DNA from: Myxococcota bacterium
GTDB lineage: Bacteria; Myxococcota; UBA4151
DNA length: 53,366 nt
Direction: 5' to 3'
NCBI GenBank assembly: GCA_036338695.1
Contig: JAYZBQ010000063.1
Span: 1 to 53,366 of the forward strand
The notes under the pieces were generated by a model. It saw only the letters and a program-made list of their open reading frames with translations. It had not been told where the DNA came from and did no database searches. Numbering within the stretch: position 1 is the stretch's first letter; every line of letters starts with the position of its first letter. Shown here piece by piece: positions 40,346 through 50,684 of the stretch. The position numbers and the translations under genes are program-made.

Positions 40346-42553
40346 ATGCCTCGCACGACCCTCAAAGTCACCGACCCACGCAACGGTCAAGTCCATGAGA
40401 TCACCGCCAAACGGCTGGACCAGGTCCGCAACGACAACCCCCACAAAGCGACCGATCGCAGCGTCGACGTCGCCGACGGCAAGATCGACTTGTTCGTGCG
40501 CAGCGAGAACAATTGGCGCGGGGTCAACACGCAGCATCTCCAGATCGACAAAGACCGCCTCTCGCCTGAGCAAGCCGACGCGCTCGACGCCGCCATCTCA
40601 TCGGGCAAGTCCTTTGCCCTGCAGCTCAAGGATCACTACGGGAGCGTGACGGCTCGCTCGGACTTGGCGATGGAGCTCAACCACCAGCTCGGCGCGCCGC
40701 TAGCCCACGACCCAGCGCGCAGCCTTGAGCCAGCGGACAAGCCGCTCTTTCTTAGCGCCGAAGGGCAGTTCGCCACAGAGACCGACGCCAGCCGACCGCT
40801 CGAGGGTCGGATCGCCGGTTTGAGCCGCGCCGCCGAGGCAGCCGACCAGCTCGCCGACGGGCGCGCCCTGTTCAGCCACAACCAGGTCTCGGTCGAGGTC
40901 CAAAGCAAAACGCTAGCGAACATCCAGGACCTGCTCAGCGTCGTTGACAGCAACGAGGCGCTCAAGGCGGACGACAAAGCCAAGGTACGCAGCGCCGCAG
41001 CGACCGTCACGCACGAGCTGATCCGCGGGCTCGGCAACGAGGGCGCTCAAGGCGAGCTCAAGCGCGCCGCCTTTGCGCAGTACCGCGCCATGGTACAGCA
41101 AGAGACGGTCGGTGGGCTCAAAGAGTCGATGATCTTCAACGCCGTTCAGCAGCGCGCCATGCTCCCGGCTGACCGCCAAAAAGAGGTCGACGGCATGAAG
41201 CAAGCGATCGCACCGACGACCCTCCCTTACGACAAGTGGTTCGCCGACGGAAAACGCGAGCTCAACATCAGCTACGCAGCCGGACACGGGGAAAACTTCT
41301 ACGAGGGCATGACCGAGTTCTTGCAAGAGCGCGGTTACACCAAGATCACGGAAGGTGGTGGTTACAATAACCCTCGGCACCTGCAGATGAAGAAAACGGT
41401 CGGCGGCGAGGAGTACACCGTCAACATCGACCTGAGACATTACGACGACGACAGCTTTAAGGATATCAACGATCCCAAGTATGACATGATCGTTTATGGT
41501 GGTCATTCAAACCTTGGCGGCAACACCCGGCGAAGTCTCAGGAGAGCCCCCGAAGCAACTGGCGAAGACAAGCTGATCTTCCTCGGGCTGTGCTCGGGCA
41601 AAGACAACCTCGACGGCGTGCGCAAAGCCTTCCCCGAGGCGCAGCTCGTGACCACCTTCAACAGCTCCTACTTCTACACCAAACCCACCGAGAACGGCGG
41701 CAAGCAGTTCACCACCGGTGAGGACGCCAAGGCCCTCACTGAGATCATCGAAGGGGCGCTCAAGCGGGACGACTGGGAGACCATCGGCGACAACATCAGA
41801 GAACGCGCAGTGGGTCGGCGGCACCATAAGGAGCTCGGCAATTACCTCACGCCGATCGACACTCAGTTCAACGCACGCTTCTTGGACGGTGACAGCGATG
41901 GTTCGGTCGACTTGGTAGACCGCCACTTCAACATCGACACCATCGAAGTCGCCGCTCAGCCCTCGAATAGCCTCAAGCCGAGAAAGCCGCCCGAGGGGAC
42001 ACTGAACGGTGACCTACCGGCGCGCGCCAGCCACTTCGCCAACACCATCGACCTGTACAACCCAACCTATGACGACTTCAGCCACAAAGGACGGATTGTT
42101 TCCGACGGTTACTATGCGGGCACGAATCAAGACCCGATCGTCAAGTTCAGCACCGTCACCGAAGACGGACGTCAGTTCTACAAGATGCAGGTCAACGATC
42201 GCTTCGCCGGCACCTCAGAAGAGGCGCTGCGTGCCATCACCATGATCGAGTATCACAACCATCTGGCGGCGACCGAGAAAGACTTTCCGATCAAAGACCC
42301 CGTACAATCCGTCGTGACGGGATTATTGACCGGTGTTGCCAGCCTCAAATACGACCAAGGCTACAACGACGAGGCGGTCTTTCGTGCTATTAAACGCCGT
42401 TACAACATCCCGCGAGGGGTTCATCTCAAAGACGCCAAAGCGATCTTGGCCGCCGACAGTCGCGACTACACCGGGAGTGTGCGGCTTGCGAATCAGTGGC
42501 TCGAGCGTATGGACGAGCGCACCAAAGCACAGCTCGCTAGGCGCTTTCAGTAG
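40346..42553 (+). CDS. Hypothetical 735-aa protein with a possible clan-CD-like His/Cys dyad
   Basis: ATG 40346 with GGAG RBS; no signal peptide; MIVYGGHS and LIFLGLCS motifs; EF-hand-like DGDSDGSVD. Confidence 0.8.
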   Translation: MPRTTLKVTDPRNGQVHEITAKRLDQVRNDNPHKATDRSVDVADGKIDLFVRSENNWRGVNTQHLQIDKDRLSPEQADALDAAISSGKSFALQLKDHYGSVTARSDLAMELNHQLGAPLAHDPARSLEPADKPLFLSAEGQFATETDASRPLEGRIAGLSRAAEAADQLADGRALFSHNQVSVEVQSKTLANIQDLLSVVDSNEALKADDKAKVRSAAATVTHELIRGLGNEGAQGELKRAAFAQYRAMVQQETVGGLKESMIFNAVQQRAMLPADRQKEVDGMKQAIAPTTLPYDKWFADGKRELNISYAAGHGENFYEGMTEFLQERGYTKITEGGGYNNPRHLQMKKTVGGEEYTVNIDLRHYDDDSFKDINDPKYDMIVYGGHSNLGGNTRRSLRRAPEATGEDKLIFLGLCSGKDNLDGVRKAFPEAQLVTTFNSSYFYTKPTENGGKQFTTGEDAKALTEIIEGALKRDDWETIGDNIRERAVGRRHHKELGNYLTPIDTQFNARFLDGDSDGSVDLVDRHFNIDTIEVAAQPSNSLKPRKPPEGTLNGDLPARASHFANTIDLYNPTYDDFSHKGRIVSDGYYAGTNQDPIVKFSTVTEDGRQFYKMQVNDRFAGTSEEALRAITMIEYHNHLAATEKDFPIKDPVQSVVTGLLTGVASLKYDQGYNDEAVFRAIKRRYNIPRGVHLKDAKAILAADSRDYTGSVRLANQWLERMDERTKAQLARRFQ

Positions 42554-42568
42554 CGTCCAAGCTTCGAG

Positions 42569-45013
42569 CTAGCCCTGCGCGTCGCAATCAGGCTCATCCA
42601 CCCACCGATTGCAGTTGTTGTCGATCTGGTCATCGCAGATCTCACGACGCTCGGGGCTGATGTCCGGATCAAACGGCGCGCAGTCGGCGTCGTCATTTGA
42701 GCCGTCGTTATCATCGTCAGAATCGCAGGCATCTCCTTGGTCATCGCGGTCGTTGTCGGCTTGATTTGGGTTCGCTACGTTGGGGCAATTATCGACCGAG
42801 TCGGCGAGGCCGTCCATATCGATGTCGCGATCGCAGACGGTGTCGGCCGTGCTCGTACAGGGCGTAAGGATCAGAGACCCGGCCGGGCAGCTCGAGCAGG
42901 CCATGCACGGCGTCTCGGGGTTACCATCGTGGTCCCAACTTCCGTCGGAGCAAGACGGCACCTGGCACGCGTCGCAGCCATCATCAGCGACCTCGTTTCC
43001 GTCGTCGCAGGCTTCGCCCTCGTCGACCACGCCGTCGCCGCAACGCGGCAAGCTGCAGTCCGTACGGCAGGTATCGGGTGACACATCGCTGTTGGCTTCA
43101 CCCTGATCACATTGCTCGACGCCCACCTGCAGGTACCCGTCACCGCATCGAGCCTCAACACACTCTGAGCCAACGCAGGCATCGTCGTGGCGGAGGTTGC
43201 CGTCATCGCAGGCTTCCCCGGTCTGGACCACCCCGTCACCGCAGCGCGCCCGCCGACATTGGCGATCGCACCGGTCCGTATCCACCAGATTACCGTCGTC
43301 ACACTCCTCACCCGGGTCGAGCTGCCCGTCGCCGCATCGGATCGGCGCAGCCGAGAACAAGGGCTCAGCGAACCAGACCAGGTGCGACGAGGTGATCTCT
43401 TGTCGATAGGGTGCGTCGGGACACGCCTTGCGCCCGCGCCGGTTCGCTCGACAGGTGACCTCGACCCCGGGAAAGGCGCGCTGCGTCAAGAGCGCCTGGT
43501 AACGTGAGGGGTCATCGGCGATCACCCCGAGGTGAAGCGCTCCATGGGGCCCCGTGTACAGCGCATACTGCGTCCAAAACTCCGCGCTCGACAGCTCGCC
43601 GAGGCTCACGCGGTACACGTCGCTGATGCGTCGGTAACCAAAGTGGCTGTGGTGCGCGTCGATGAGCTGCAAAGCGGCGTCCTCAAGGTCACGCACCTCC
43701 TCGATGAGCGCTCCCAACGTGGCGCTGAGACGCCCCACGCGGTTTTCATCGCGCACCTGCACTTCCTCCTCGCTAACCTCTGGATCGCCCGTGTGGCCGT
43801 CAGCGCCCGGCGTCATCTCCTCGAGGTCCGAGTGTCCATCGTTGTCATCGTCCGGATCATGCGCATCAGCGATCCCATCCCCGTCGTTGTCGCCGCAGCT
43901 GTAGGGGTCGTAGGCGGTCAGCTCGATCTCGTTGTCACAGCCGTCGCAGTCCGGGTCAGTGTCGAGCGCATCGTCCAAGCCGTCGCCGTCGCGGTCTGCG
44001 GTATCCAGAACGCCGTCACCGTCTGTGTCGCGTGCGCCATAGGCTGCGTGCAGCTCGACTAAGGGGCTGCCCGGCGTGACATACACGCGCCGGACCTCAC
44101 GGATGGGTAGCCCTGGCCCGCCGATCCGGTGGCGCAAAATCACCGTATGTGGCTCGGGATAGTCCCAGGCAAGACGCAAGCGCCCGTCCGCAGGTACGGC
44201 GTGCACGCGCACGCCGCTGCGCTCGTCAGCCTCTGGGGTATGCGCCCAAGGCCGCGCCAATAGCGGCGAGGAGACCACCTCGAGCGTGCTCGGATCCATC
44301 CCCGCCTCGAGATGCACTTGGACCGTCACCGGCGCGAGGACGGGCTGCCCTGGCGGCGGCGCGATCTGCACCGCCTCCGGGATGACCGTTGACTGGTAGG
44401 CTACCACGTCCACATCGATCAGCGCCTGCGGCGCGACCACGTAGTCCTCAAACATAAAGCCCACTCGTGCGGCGCCTTCGGGGACCCCGTACAAGAAGAA
44501 GCTGCCGTCCGGACCGGTCAAGTCGTCCGCACCTGGGACCCCCTCGACAAAGGCGATCACCCCGCCAGCGCCCGTCCCGTCTGGCTTGAGAACCTGCCCT
44601 TGCACGCTGCCGCGCGCGCCGACCGTGATGTCGACAAGGACCTGACCGCTGGTGTTGCTCGGCAACGTGTAACGATGACGCCCGATCGGCGGCGAGCCCA
44701 TCGGCTCTTGCGCATCGAAGACCAAGAACTCAAGCGTCCGCTCCTGAGCGCCCGACTGCAGCCGCGGCAGGCGGTAAAAGCCGCTCACGTCGGTGCGGAC
44801 CACGCCGACGCCGAGGACCTCGAGCCGGCCGTACGGCATGGGTACGGGCTCGCTGCGCCCGTCGACGCCGCGCCGAATGACCCCCTCGACCGTAACGAGC
44901 TGCTGCACGACCGGCTGCGTCGGCGGCAGCGCGGGCAGGTGATCGCTGCAAGCCGTACACCCAGCGATGAGCGCGCAGACGGCGCCGCGCCGAGCGAGAC
45001 GGGCGCGACTCAA
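42569..45013 (-). CDS. Surface lipoprotein: carboxypeptidase-regulatory-like domains, acidic DxDxDG repeats, 4 DUF4215-type Cys repeats, TNFR-like repeat, TSP3 repeat and MopE-like metal-binding motif
   Basis: TTG 45013 overlaps the ArsR stop; lipobox GCTAC; CGDG...EACDDGN repeats; [35 protein letters not shown]...[15 protein letters not shown]. Confidence 0.85.
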   Translation of the reverse strand: MSRARLARRGAVCALIAGCTACSDHLPALPPTQPVVQQLVTVEGVIRRGVDGRSEPVPMPYGRLEVLGVGVVRTDVSGFYRLPRLQSGAQERTLEFLVFDAQEPMGSPPIGRHRYTLPSNTSGQVLVDITVGARGSVQGQVLKPDGTGAGGVIAFVEGVPGADDLTGPDGSFFLYGVPEGAARVGFMFEDYVVAPQALIDVDVVAYQSTVIPEAVQIAPPPGQPVLAPVTVQVHLEAGMDPSTLEVVSSPLLARPWAHTPEADERSGVRVHAVPADGRLRLAWDYPEPHTVILRHRIGGPGLPIREVRRVYVTPGSPLVELHAAYGARDTDGDGVLDTADRDGDGLDDALDTDPDCDGCDNEIELTAYDPYSCGDNDGDGIADAHDPDDDNDGHSDLEEMTPGADGHTGDPEVSEEEVQVRDENRVGRLSATLGALIEEVRDLEDAALQLIDAHHSHFGYRRISDVYRVSLGELSSAEFWTQYALYTGPHGALHLGVIADDPSRYQALLTQRAFPGVEVTCRANRRGRKACPDAPYRQEITSSHLVWFAEPLFSAAPIRCGDGQLDPGEECDDGNLVDTDRCDRQCRRARCGDGVVQTGEACDDGNLRHDDACVGSECVEARCGDGYLQVGVEQCDQGEANSDVSPDTCRTDCSLPRCGDGVVDEGEACDDGNEVADDGCDACQVPSCSDGSWDHDGNPETPCMACSSCPAGSLILTPCTSTADTVCDRDIDMDGLADSVDNCPNVANPNQADNDRDDQGDACDSDDDNDGSNDDADCAPFDPDISPERREICDDQIDNNCNRWVDEPDCDAQG

Positions 45014-45327
45014 CTGTCGTCTCCGCGTGAGCGGATGACGGTGGTACACACCTCTGTGACCACGCTCGAGGTCAGCGCAAAGCACTTCGAGTTGCCCTGG
45101 CGTGTGTACTCAACCAAGCCGACCTGACGCAGGATCGAGAGGTGCTTGGATGCGTTGGCGTTGCTCAGCCCTGCGCTTTTGGCGAGCTCCCCAACGCAGG
45201 CGTCTCCCTCGTTGAGGGCTTGCAGTAAACGAAGGCGCGACGGATCGCCCATCGCTCGGAGCAACCCGGCGATCATTTCGAGCCGCTCGAACCGCTCCGT
45301 TCCGTCACCTGACAAGGCATACCCCAA
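45010..45327 (-). CDS. ArsR/SmtB family transcriptional regulator
   Basis: [20 protein letters not shown]....[26 protein letters not shown] winged-helix pattern; start codon uncertain. Confidence 0.9.
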   Translation of the reverse strand: MGYALSGDGTERFERLEMIAGLLRAMGDPSRLRLLQALNEGDACVGELAKSAGLSNANASKHLSILRQVGLVEYTRQGNSKCFALTSSVVTEVCTTVIRSRGDDS

Positions 45328-45342
45328 TTCAACTAGTCGATT
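45327..45342. promoter_or_regulatory. Candidate ArsR-family operator (imperfect palindrome)
   Basis: ATTCAACTAGTCGATT matches its reverse complement at 12 of 16 positions; it lies in an AT-rich gap immediately upstream of the ArsR gene. Confidence 0.45.
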
Positions 45343-45401
45343 ACACAGTCAAATTAGGGAGCAAGGCGCCCGGACGCAAGGGTCTGCGCCGAGCGCGTAA
45401 G

Positions 45402-48400
45402 CTAAAACCCTTGCGCTGCTTGAGGCGTCAGCTTCGGCGTCTGGGTGGTCCCGAGCCCGAGCTGCCCGAGGTGATTCGATCCCCAAGTGAACAGGCGGTT
45501 GTTGCGATCGACGGCGGCGTTGAACTCCGAGACGGCCCCCGAGCCCATCAACCGCACCGGATCGTTGAGCAGCACGGCGGTGTTCGCCACGCGCCGGCTC
45601 ACCGCCGGCGCGCCGGTACCGAGCTGACCGCCTGTGCCCAAACCGGCGCATCGCATCGTCCCATTCGACAGCAGCACACAGGTGCGCCGGTTCCCCGCCG
45701 AGATCGCCACGGCGTCCTCGATCTCGAGCAGACGCACCGGCTCATTGCGATGCGTCAGGCTGTTCACGCCGAGCTCACCATCACCGTTCTTACCCCAGCA
45801 TTTCACCAAACCGTTCGTCTGCAAGGCGCACGAGTGATACTCTCCAAGCGCAATCGACGACACCTCACTCAAACCGGTCACGCGCGCCGGGACGCTGACC
45901 ACATCGGCGATCTGACCGTTTCCGACGGCGCCGTAGCCGTTGTACCCCCAGCACCAGACCGAACCGTCTTGCTTGACCGCGCAGGTATGCGCGCCGGCGG
46001 CGACCTCACGCGCAGCCGTCATCAGGGTCTGCACGGGGGCGAGCCGGTCCTCGACGCTGCCGTCGCCGAGGGCGCCAAACTCGTTGTATCCCCAACACCA
46101 AACCCGGCCGTCATTGCGGACTGCGCAGGTGTGATGATTACCCGCCGCCAGCGCCGTCACATCGGTCAACTGCGGCACAACAACCGGCTCATTTTGCTGC
46201 CTGCGGTCGGCATCTGCGTTGCCGAGCTGACCGCTCGAATTGCGCCCCCAACAGGTCACGGTTGCATCGGCAAGTCGGGCACAAACGTGATTGCGCCCAG
46301 CGACGAGCTGCTCGACCGTATCGAGGCCAAAGACGCGGCGCAAAAGGGTGCTGGGTTGCTCCGAGCCATTGCCTAAGTTGCCGTTGGTGTTGCCCCCGGC
46401 GCACCACACCTTGCCGGCGCGCGTCACGCACAACGCGTCAAGATTCATCGCTACGGCTCGAATCGTTGGTTTGCAGTTGTTTCCGCAGCCGTCACCGCTC
46501 TCATCGTTGCCATCATCACACAGATCCACGTCGCGCTGGACAAACCCATCACCACACCGAGCCGCCGAGCAGTCGTTCAGGCACGCGTCCTGCTGGTCGG
46601 CGTTGCCGTCATCGCAAGCCTCCACGCCGGCGTGGAGGACGCCGTCACCGCACTGAGCCGGCATGCAGTTGTTGCGGCAGGCATCTTGGTCGTTGTCGTT
46701 GCCGTCATCACAGGCCTCGACCCCGACCTGAACCACGCCGTCACCGCAGCCTGGCAGCGAGCAATTGTTGCGGCAACCGTCTTGGTCATCCGCGTTGCCA
46801 TCGTCGCATGCCTCAACGCCGGCTCGCACGAAGCCGTCCCCGCAGCGAGCCGATTGGCACGTCGATAAACAACCGTCGACCTCATCGAGGTTTCCGTCAT
46901 CGCAGCTCTCGTAACCGGGCTCGCCCGGCGCGATGTCTTGACGACGAATTCCGTCGCCGCAGATCGCTGCGGCGCAGTTGGTGTGGCAGGCGTCGGTCTC
47001 GACGTCGTTGCCGTCGTCACAGGCTTCATAGAGCGTGTGCCGGAAACCATCACCGCAGCGGAAATAGACGCAGGCCGTCAGGCAGTCGTCGGTCTCGACG
47101 TCGTTGCCGTCGTCGCAGGCTTCGTACCCCGGCATGCCCTCGGTCAGGTCAGTCCGGCGCACGCCGTCGCCGCAGCGCGCCACCGTGCAGTCACTGCGGC
47201 AGGCGTCATCCTCCGCAAGGTTCGCGTCGTCGCACGCCTCCACCCCGTCCTGAACCACGCCATCGCCGCAGCGCGCTCGACGGCATGAGCTCAGGCAGCC
47301 ATCGGTCTCGACCTCGTTGCCGTCGTCGCACTCTTCATAGCCCGGCGCGCCTTCAGCGACGCCTTCGAGGACCACCCCGTCACCGCAGCGAGCAGAGCGG
47401 CACTCGGCGTCGCAGGCATCCAAGGGGTTCCGGTTCCCGTCGTCGCAAGCCTCACCGGCCTGTTGCACGCCGTCGCCGCAGCGGGCGCGGTGACAGCGGC
47501 TGTCACAGCCGTCGAGGTCGTCATCGTTCTGGTCGTCGCACTCCTCGCCCGGATCGACCTGACCGTTTCCGCAGTTGAGCGCCGCGTGTTGCGGACCAAA
47601 CCGCTTGAACCATAGCAGTGAGGTCTGGGTGAGGGCGGTCTCAAAAGGCACCTCCGGGCAGGTGATGCGGCCGCGCGTGGCGTCTCGACAGTCGATCCGG
47701 TCGCCGGGCAGCTCATGCGGATAAAACGCCTCCGTGCAGTCGTCGCCGCAATCCGGCTTGAGGACCATGCTGATCCGATCAGAATCTGAGCGGAGCCCGT
47801 GGATGTGCGCGTGCACCTCAGCGACGCCTCCGTCTGGGACCATGATCCGATAAACGGGCGTCATGCGAGCGTGCCCAAAGTACTCATGATGCTCGATCAA
47901 GCCCTCGAACACCGGGTGATCCGGATCGAGCTGCTCGATCGAAACCCCCTCGCCGTTGACGACCACCTGCCCGTCCTCGCTCGCCTGACCTTCGACCGCT
48001 GCGCGCCCCGAGTGATGCGCCTCGTTGCGGTGATCGCTCACGCGCCCGTCGGCGCCGGGTGTCAGCTCCTCGAGGTCAGCGTCACCATCACCATCGCCGT
48101 CCGGGTCAACCCCATCAGCCACCCCGTCGGCGTCGAAATCACCACAGGAAAACGGGTCCAACGCCGTCAGCGGCGGCTCATCGAGGCACCCGTCGTTGTC
48201 CGGGTCCTCGTCGACGTTATCGGCGAGCCCGTCGCCGTCCGTGTCAACGACGCCGCTCGGGTCCGAAGCAGCCCAAACAGCCGCCATGACCAGATCGGCT
48301 GACCCGCGACGCACGTGATGCAAACGCGTCCGATGAATCGCCTTGGCCGACGAGTTGGTGCGGCGCTGCAGCGTGAGCGTGTGCGGCTCGGCGTAATCGA

Positions 48401-49214
48401 GAGAAAACGTAAACGAGCCATCCTCCTTGAGCGCAACCGACTTGACCTCATGCGCCGTCGTGCCGTCGTCACTCGGCCGCCCGAGCAGCGGGCTGACCAA
48501 GAGCTCGACGTCATCGGCTCGCATCCCAAAATCGAGCACCACACGCCCGGAAACACCAGCCGTCGACGACTCACCTGCGTTGGGCTCGAGACGGACCAAC
48601 TCGTCGAGCGGCTTGGTCAGATAGGGCGCAACGGAGGTGGTCACAAACGTGGTGGGCGCCACCTGATAGTCCTCATAGATAAAGCCGACACGGACGGCCC
48701 CTTCCGGGATCCCGTGAAGATAGAAGTGACCATCTGGTCCGCTCAGGTCGTCGGCGCCTGGGATCCCTTCTGCGTAGACGATCACACCGCCCGAGTGCGG
48801 CGCTCCGACCAGCTCGACGCGCCCCGCGATGCTGCCACGTGCGCCGACCTCGAGATCGACGATGACCTGACCCTGCGTCCCCGAGAGGAGCTCGTAGCTG
48901 CGTCTGCCCACGGGGGGGGAATCCAGGGAGGCGCCCGGTTCATAAACCAAAAACTCAAGGCGGCGATCGAGCCCTACGGTCGGAACCGGCGGCAGCCGAA
49001 ACAGACCCCGCTCATCGGCTCGCGCCAAGCCCAGACCGACGACCTCAACGCGCGCACCGGAGAAGACGGCAGAGTCAAGCTGACCATCCACGCCGCGGCG
49101 TACAGCGCCCTCAAGAAACACCACGCCGCCGACTGCCTCGGGCAGGCTCGGCAAGGCGTCTGCAAAGCAGCTCAGGGACAACCCCGCTAAAGCCAAGGGG
49201 ATGGATCGTTTCAT
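45402..49214 (-). CDS. Large surface lipoprotein: carboxypeptidase-regulatory-like domains, DxDxDG repeats, 11 DUF4215-type Cys repeats and a C-terminal RCC1-repeat propeller
   Basis: Lipobox LSLSC; 11 x CG[DN]G...C[DE]D[GQA]N...D.C...C; repeated HTCA...DG.VWCWG.N..G.LG units. Confidence 0.9.
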   Translation of the reverse strand: MKRSIPLALAGLSLSCFADALPSLPEAVGGVVFLEGAVRRGVDGQLDSAVFSGARVEVVGLGLARADERGLFRLPPVPTVGLDRRLEFLVYEPGASLDSPPVGRRSYELLSGTQGQVIVDLEVGARGSIAGRVELVGAPHSGGVIVYAEGIPGADDLSGPDGHFYLHGIPEGAVRVGFIYEDYQVAPTTFVTTSVAPYLTKPLDELVRLEPNAGESSTAGVSGRVVLDFGMRADDVELLVSPLLGRPSDDGTTAHEVKSVALKEDGSFTFSLDYAEPHTLTLQRRTNSSAKAIHRTRLHHVRRGSADLVMAAVWAASDPSGVVDTDGDGLADNVDEDPDNDGCLDEPPLTALDPFSCGDFDADGVADGVDPDGDGDGDADLEELTPGADGRVSDHRNEAHHSGRAAVEGQASEDGQVVVNGEGVSIEQLDPDHPVFEGLIEHHEYFGHARMTPVYRIMVPDGGVAEVHAHIHGLRSDSDRISMVLKPDCGDDCTEAFYPHELPGDRIDCRDATRGRITCPEVPFETALTQTSLLWFKRFGPQHAALNCGNGQVDPGEECDDQNDDDLDGCDSRCHRARCGDGVQQAGEACDDGNRNPLDACDAECRSARCGDGVVLEGVAEGAPGYEECDDGNEVETDGCLSSCRRARCGDGVVQDGVEACDDANLAEDDACRSDCTVARCGDGVRRTDLTEGMPGYEACDDGNDVETDDCLTACVYFRCGDGFRHTLYEACDDGNDVETDACHTNCAAAICGDGIRRQDIAPGEPGYESCDDGNLDEVDGCLSTCQSARCGDGFVRAGVEACDDGNADDQDGCRNNCSLPGCGDGVVQVGVEACDDGNDNDQDACRNNCMPAQCGDGVLHAGVEACDDGNADQQDACLNDCSAARCGDGFVQRDVDLCDDGNDESGDGCGNNCKPTIRAVAMNLDALCVTRAGKVWCAGGNTNGNLGNGSEQPSTLLRRVFGLDTVEQLVAGRNHVCARLADATVTCWGRNSSGQLGNADADRRQQNEPVVVPQLTDVTALAAGNHHTCAVRNDGRVWCWGYNEFGALGDGSVEDRLAPVQTLMTAAREVAAGAHTCAVKQDGSVWCWGYNGYGAVGNGQIADVVSVPARVTGLSEVSSIALGEYHSCALQTNGLVKCWGKNGDGELGVNSLTHRNEPVRLLEIEDAVAISAGNRRTCVLLSNGTMRCAGLGTGGQLGTGAPAVSRRVANTAVLLNDPVRLMGSGAVSEFNAAVDRNNRLFTWGSNHLGQLGLGTTQTPKLTPQAAQGF
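46473..47573 (-). repeat. Eleven tandem Myxococcus-type cysteine-rich (DUF4215-like) coding repeats
   Basis: Counted from the translation; units 3, 5 and 7 carry a PGY-containing insertion. Confidence 0.9.
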
Positions 49215-49268
49215 ACTCGGTACCTAGCTCAGCGCGCCTGCGCCGACAAGCAGCCACACCGCCTCGAG

Positions 49269-50597
49269 CTAGGGGGTCAGCCGGTCCATCGTGCGGGCAA
49301 ATGGGATGGTCTCTCGGACGTGATGCAGCCCACAAATCCACCCCACGGTGCGCTCCAAACCAAGCCCAAACCCGCCGTGCGGAACCGAACCGTACCGCCG
49401 CAGGTCGTTGAACCAGCCGAAATCTGCCGGATCCAGCTCATGCTCATCGATGGCTTTGAGCAAGACCTCGAGGTCGTCCTCACGCTGACCGCCGCCGATG
49501 ATTTCGCCGACCCCTTCGGGTGCCAGAACGTCAACACAAGCCGCCAGTCGGGGGTCGTTCGGGTTACGCTTAAAATAGAACGCCTTCACCGCCATGGGGA
49601 AGTCATGGACCATCACGGGGCGATCGTATTGCTGCGTCAGCTCGGTCTCATGGCGAGCCCCAAAGTCGCTCCCCCACGGCAGCTCCATGAGCGCTCGATC
49701 GTCCTCGTCTGTCATCGCCTCACGCAAGCGCGCCACCTGCTCCACCGCCTCCGTATACGAGATGCGCGGGAACGGCTTTTTGACGTTTCGCAGCGCCGTC
49801 AGGTCCCGCCCGAGGACCGTCTCGAGCTCCTCGGCATGCTTCTCAAGCACACGCTCAACGACGACGCACAGAAAGTCCTCCGCCAGGTCCATCACGTCGT
49901 TGTTGTCTGCGTAGGCGATCTCCGGCTCGACCATCCAAAACTCCGTCAGGTGACGGCGCGTCGATGACTTCTCCGCCCGAAAGGTAGGACCAAAGCAGTA
50001 GGTCTTCCCAAAAGCCATGGCGCCAGCTTCTTGATAAAGCTGCCCGCTCTGGCTCAAGTACGCTGTCTCTCCAAAATACGGTGTCTCGAAGAGGGTCGAG
50101 GTCCCTTCGCAGGCGTTCCCCGTCAAAATGGGCGAATCGAGCAGGAGGTACCCGCGCTCGTCGAAGTAGTCACGGATCGCTTTGACCACCGTGTGACGTA
50201 CCCGCAAAACCACGTGCTGGCGCCGTGAACGCAACCACAGGTGCCGGTGATTCATCAAAAACTCGGGGCCGTGATCCTTCTTGCCGAGCGGATAGTCCTC
50301 GGCGACGTGGACCACCTCGACGCCCGAGACTTGGAGCTCAAAGCCTCGCTTGGAGCGCTCGTCAGCCACGACCATCCCGCGCACCTTGACGGCGCTCTCA
50401 AGCGGCAGCTTGCGCACCTGATCGAACAAGGCTTCATCGACGGCGTCGCGGGCGAGCACGCACTGCATGAAACCCGAACCATCGCGCACCTGCATAAAGC
50501 AGATCTTCTTGGAGCCACGGCGGTTGAACTGCCAGCCGCAAAGCTCCACCTCCTGACCTTCAAACTGATGGATCGTTCCGATCGTTGCGCGCTGCAT
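49269..50597 (-). CDS. asnS: Asparagine--tRNA ligase
   Basis: OB-fold N-terminus, RHLWLRS, CEGTSTLF, YLSQSGQLY, FRAEKSSTRRHLTEFW, EIIGGGQRE, PHGGFGLGLER. Confidence 0.95.
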   Translation of the reverse strand: MQRATIGTIHQFEGQEVELCGWQFNRRGSKKICFMQVRDGSGFMQCVLARDAVDEALFDQVRKLPLESAVKVRGMVVADERSKRGFELQVSGVEVVHVAEDYPLGKKDHGPEFLMNHRHLWLRSRRQHVVLRVRHTVVKAIRDYFDERGYLLLDSPILTGNACEGTSTLFETPYFGETAYLSQSGQLYQEAGAMAFGKTYCFGPTFRAEKSSTRRHLTEFWMVEPEIAYADNNDVMDLAEDFLCVVVERVLEKHAEELETVLGRDLTALRNVKKPFPRISYTEAVEQVARLREAMTDEDDRALMELPWGSDFGARHETELTQQYDRPVMVHDFPMAVKAFYFKRNPNDPRLAACVDVLAPEGVGEIIGGGQREDDLEVLLKAIDEHELDPADFGWFNDLRRYGSVPHGGFGLGLERTVGWICGLHHVRETIPFARTMDRLTP

Positions 50598-50684
50598 GGG
50601 CTCGCCTCCTTAGGCGAGGGTTTGCCCGTGCTCGCGCGGGAGCACAAGCTAGAACCGACGGTCGGTTGCGATAGCGACGGCGCG

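Noticed and set aside
46473..47573. CRISPR-like or DGR-like repeated DNA
   Set aside because: The repeats are degenerate in-frame protein repeats. There are no identical repeats with spacers, and no cas or reverse transcriptase gene.
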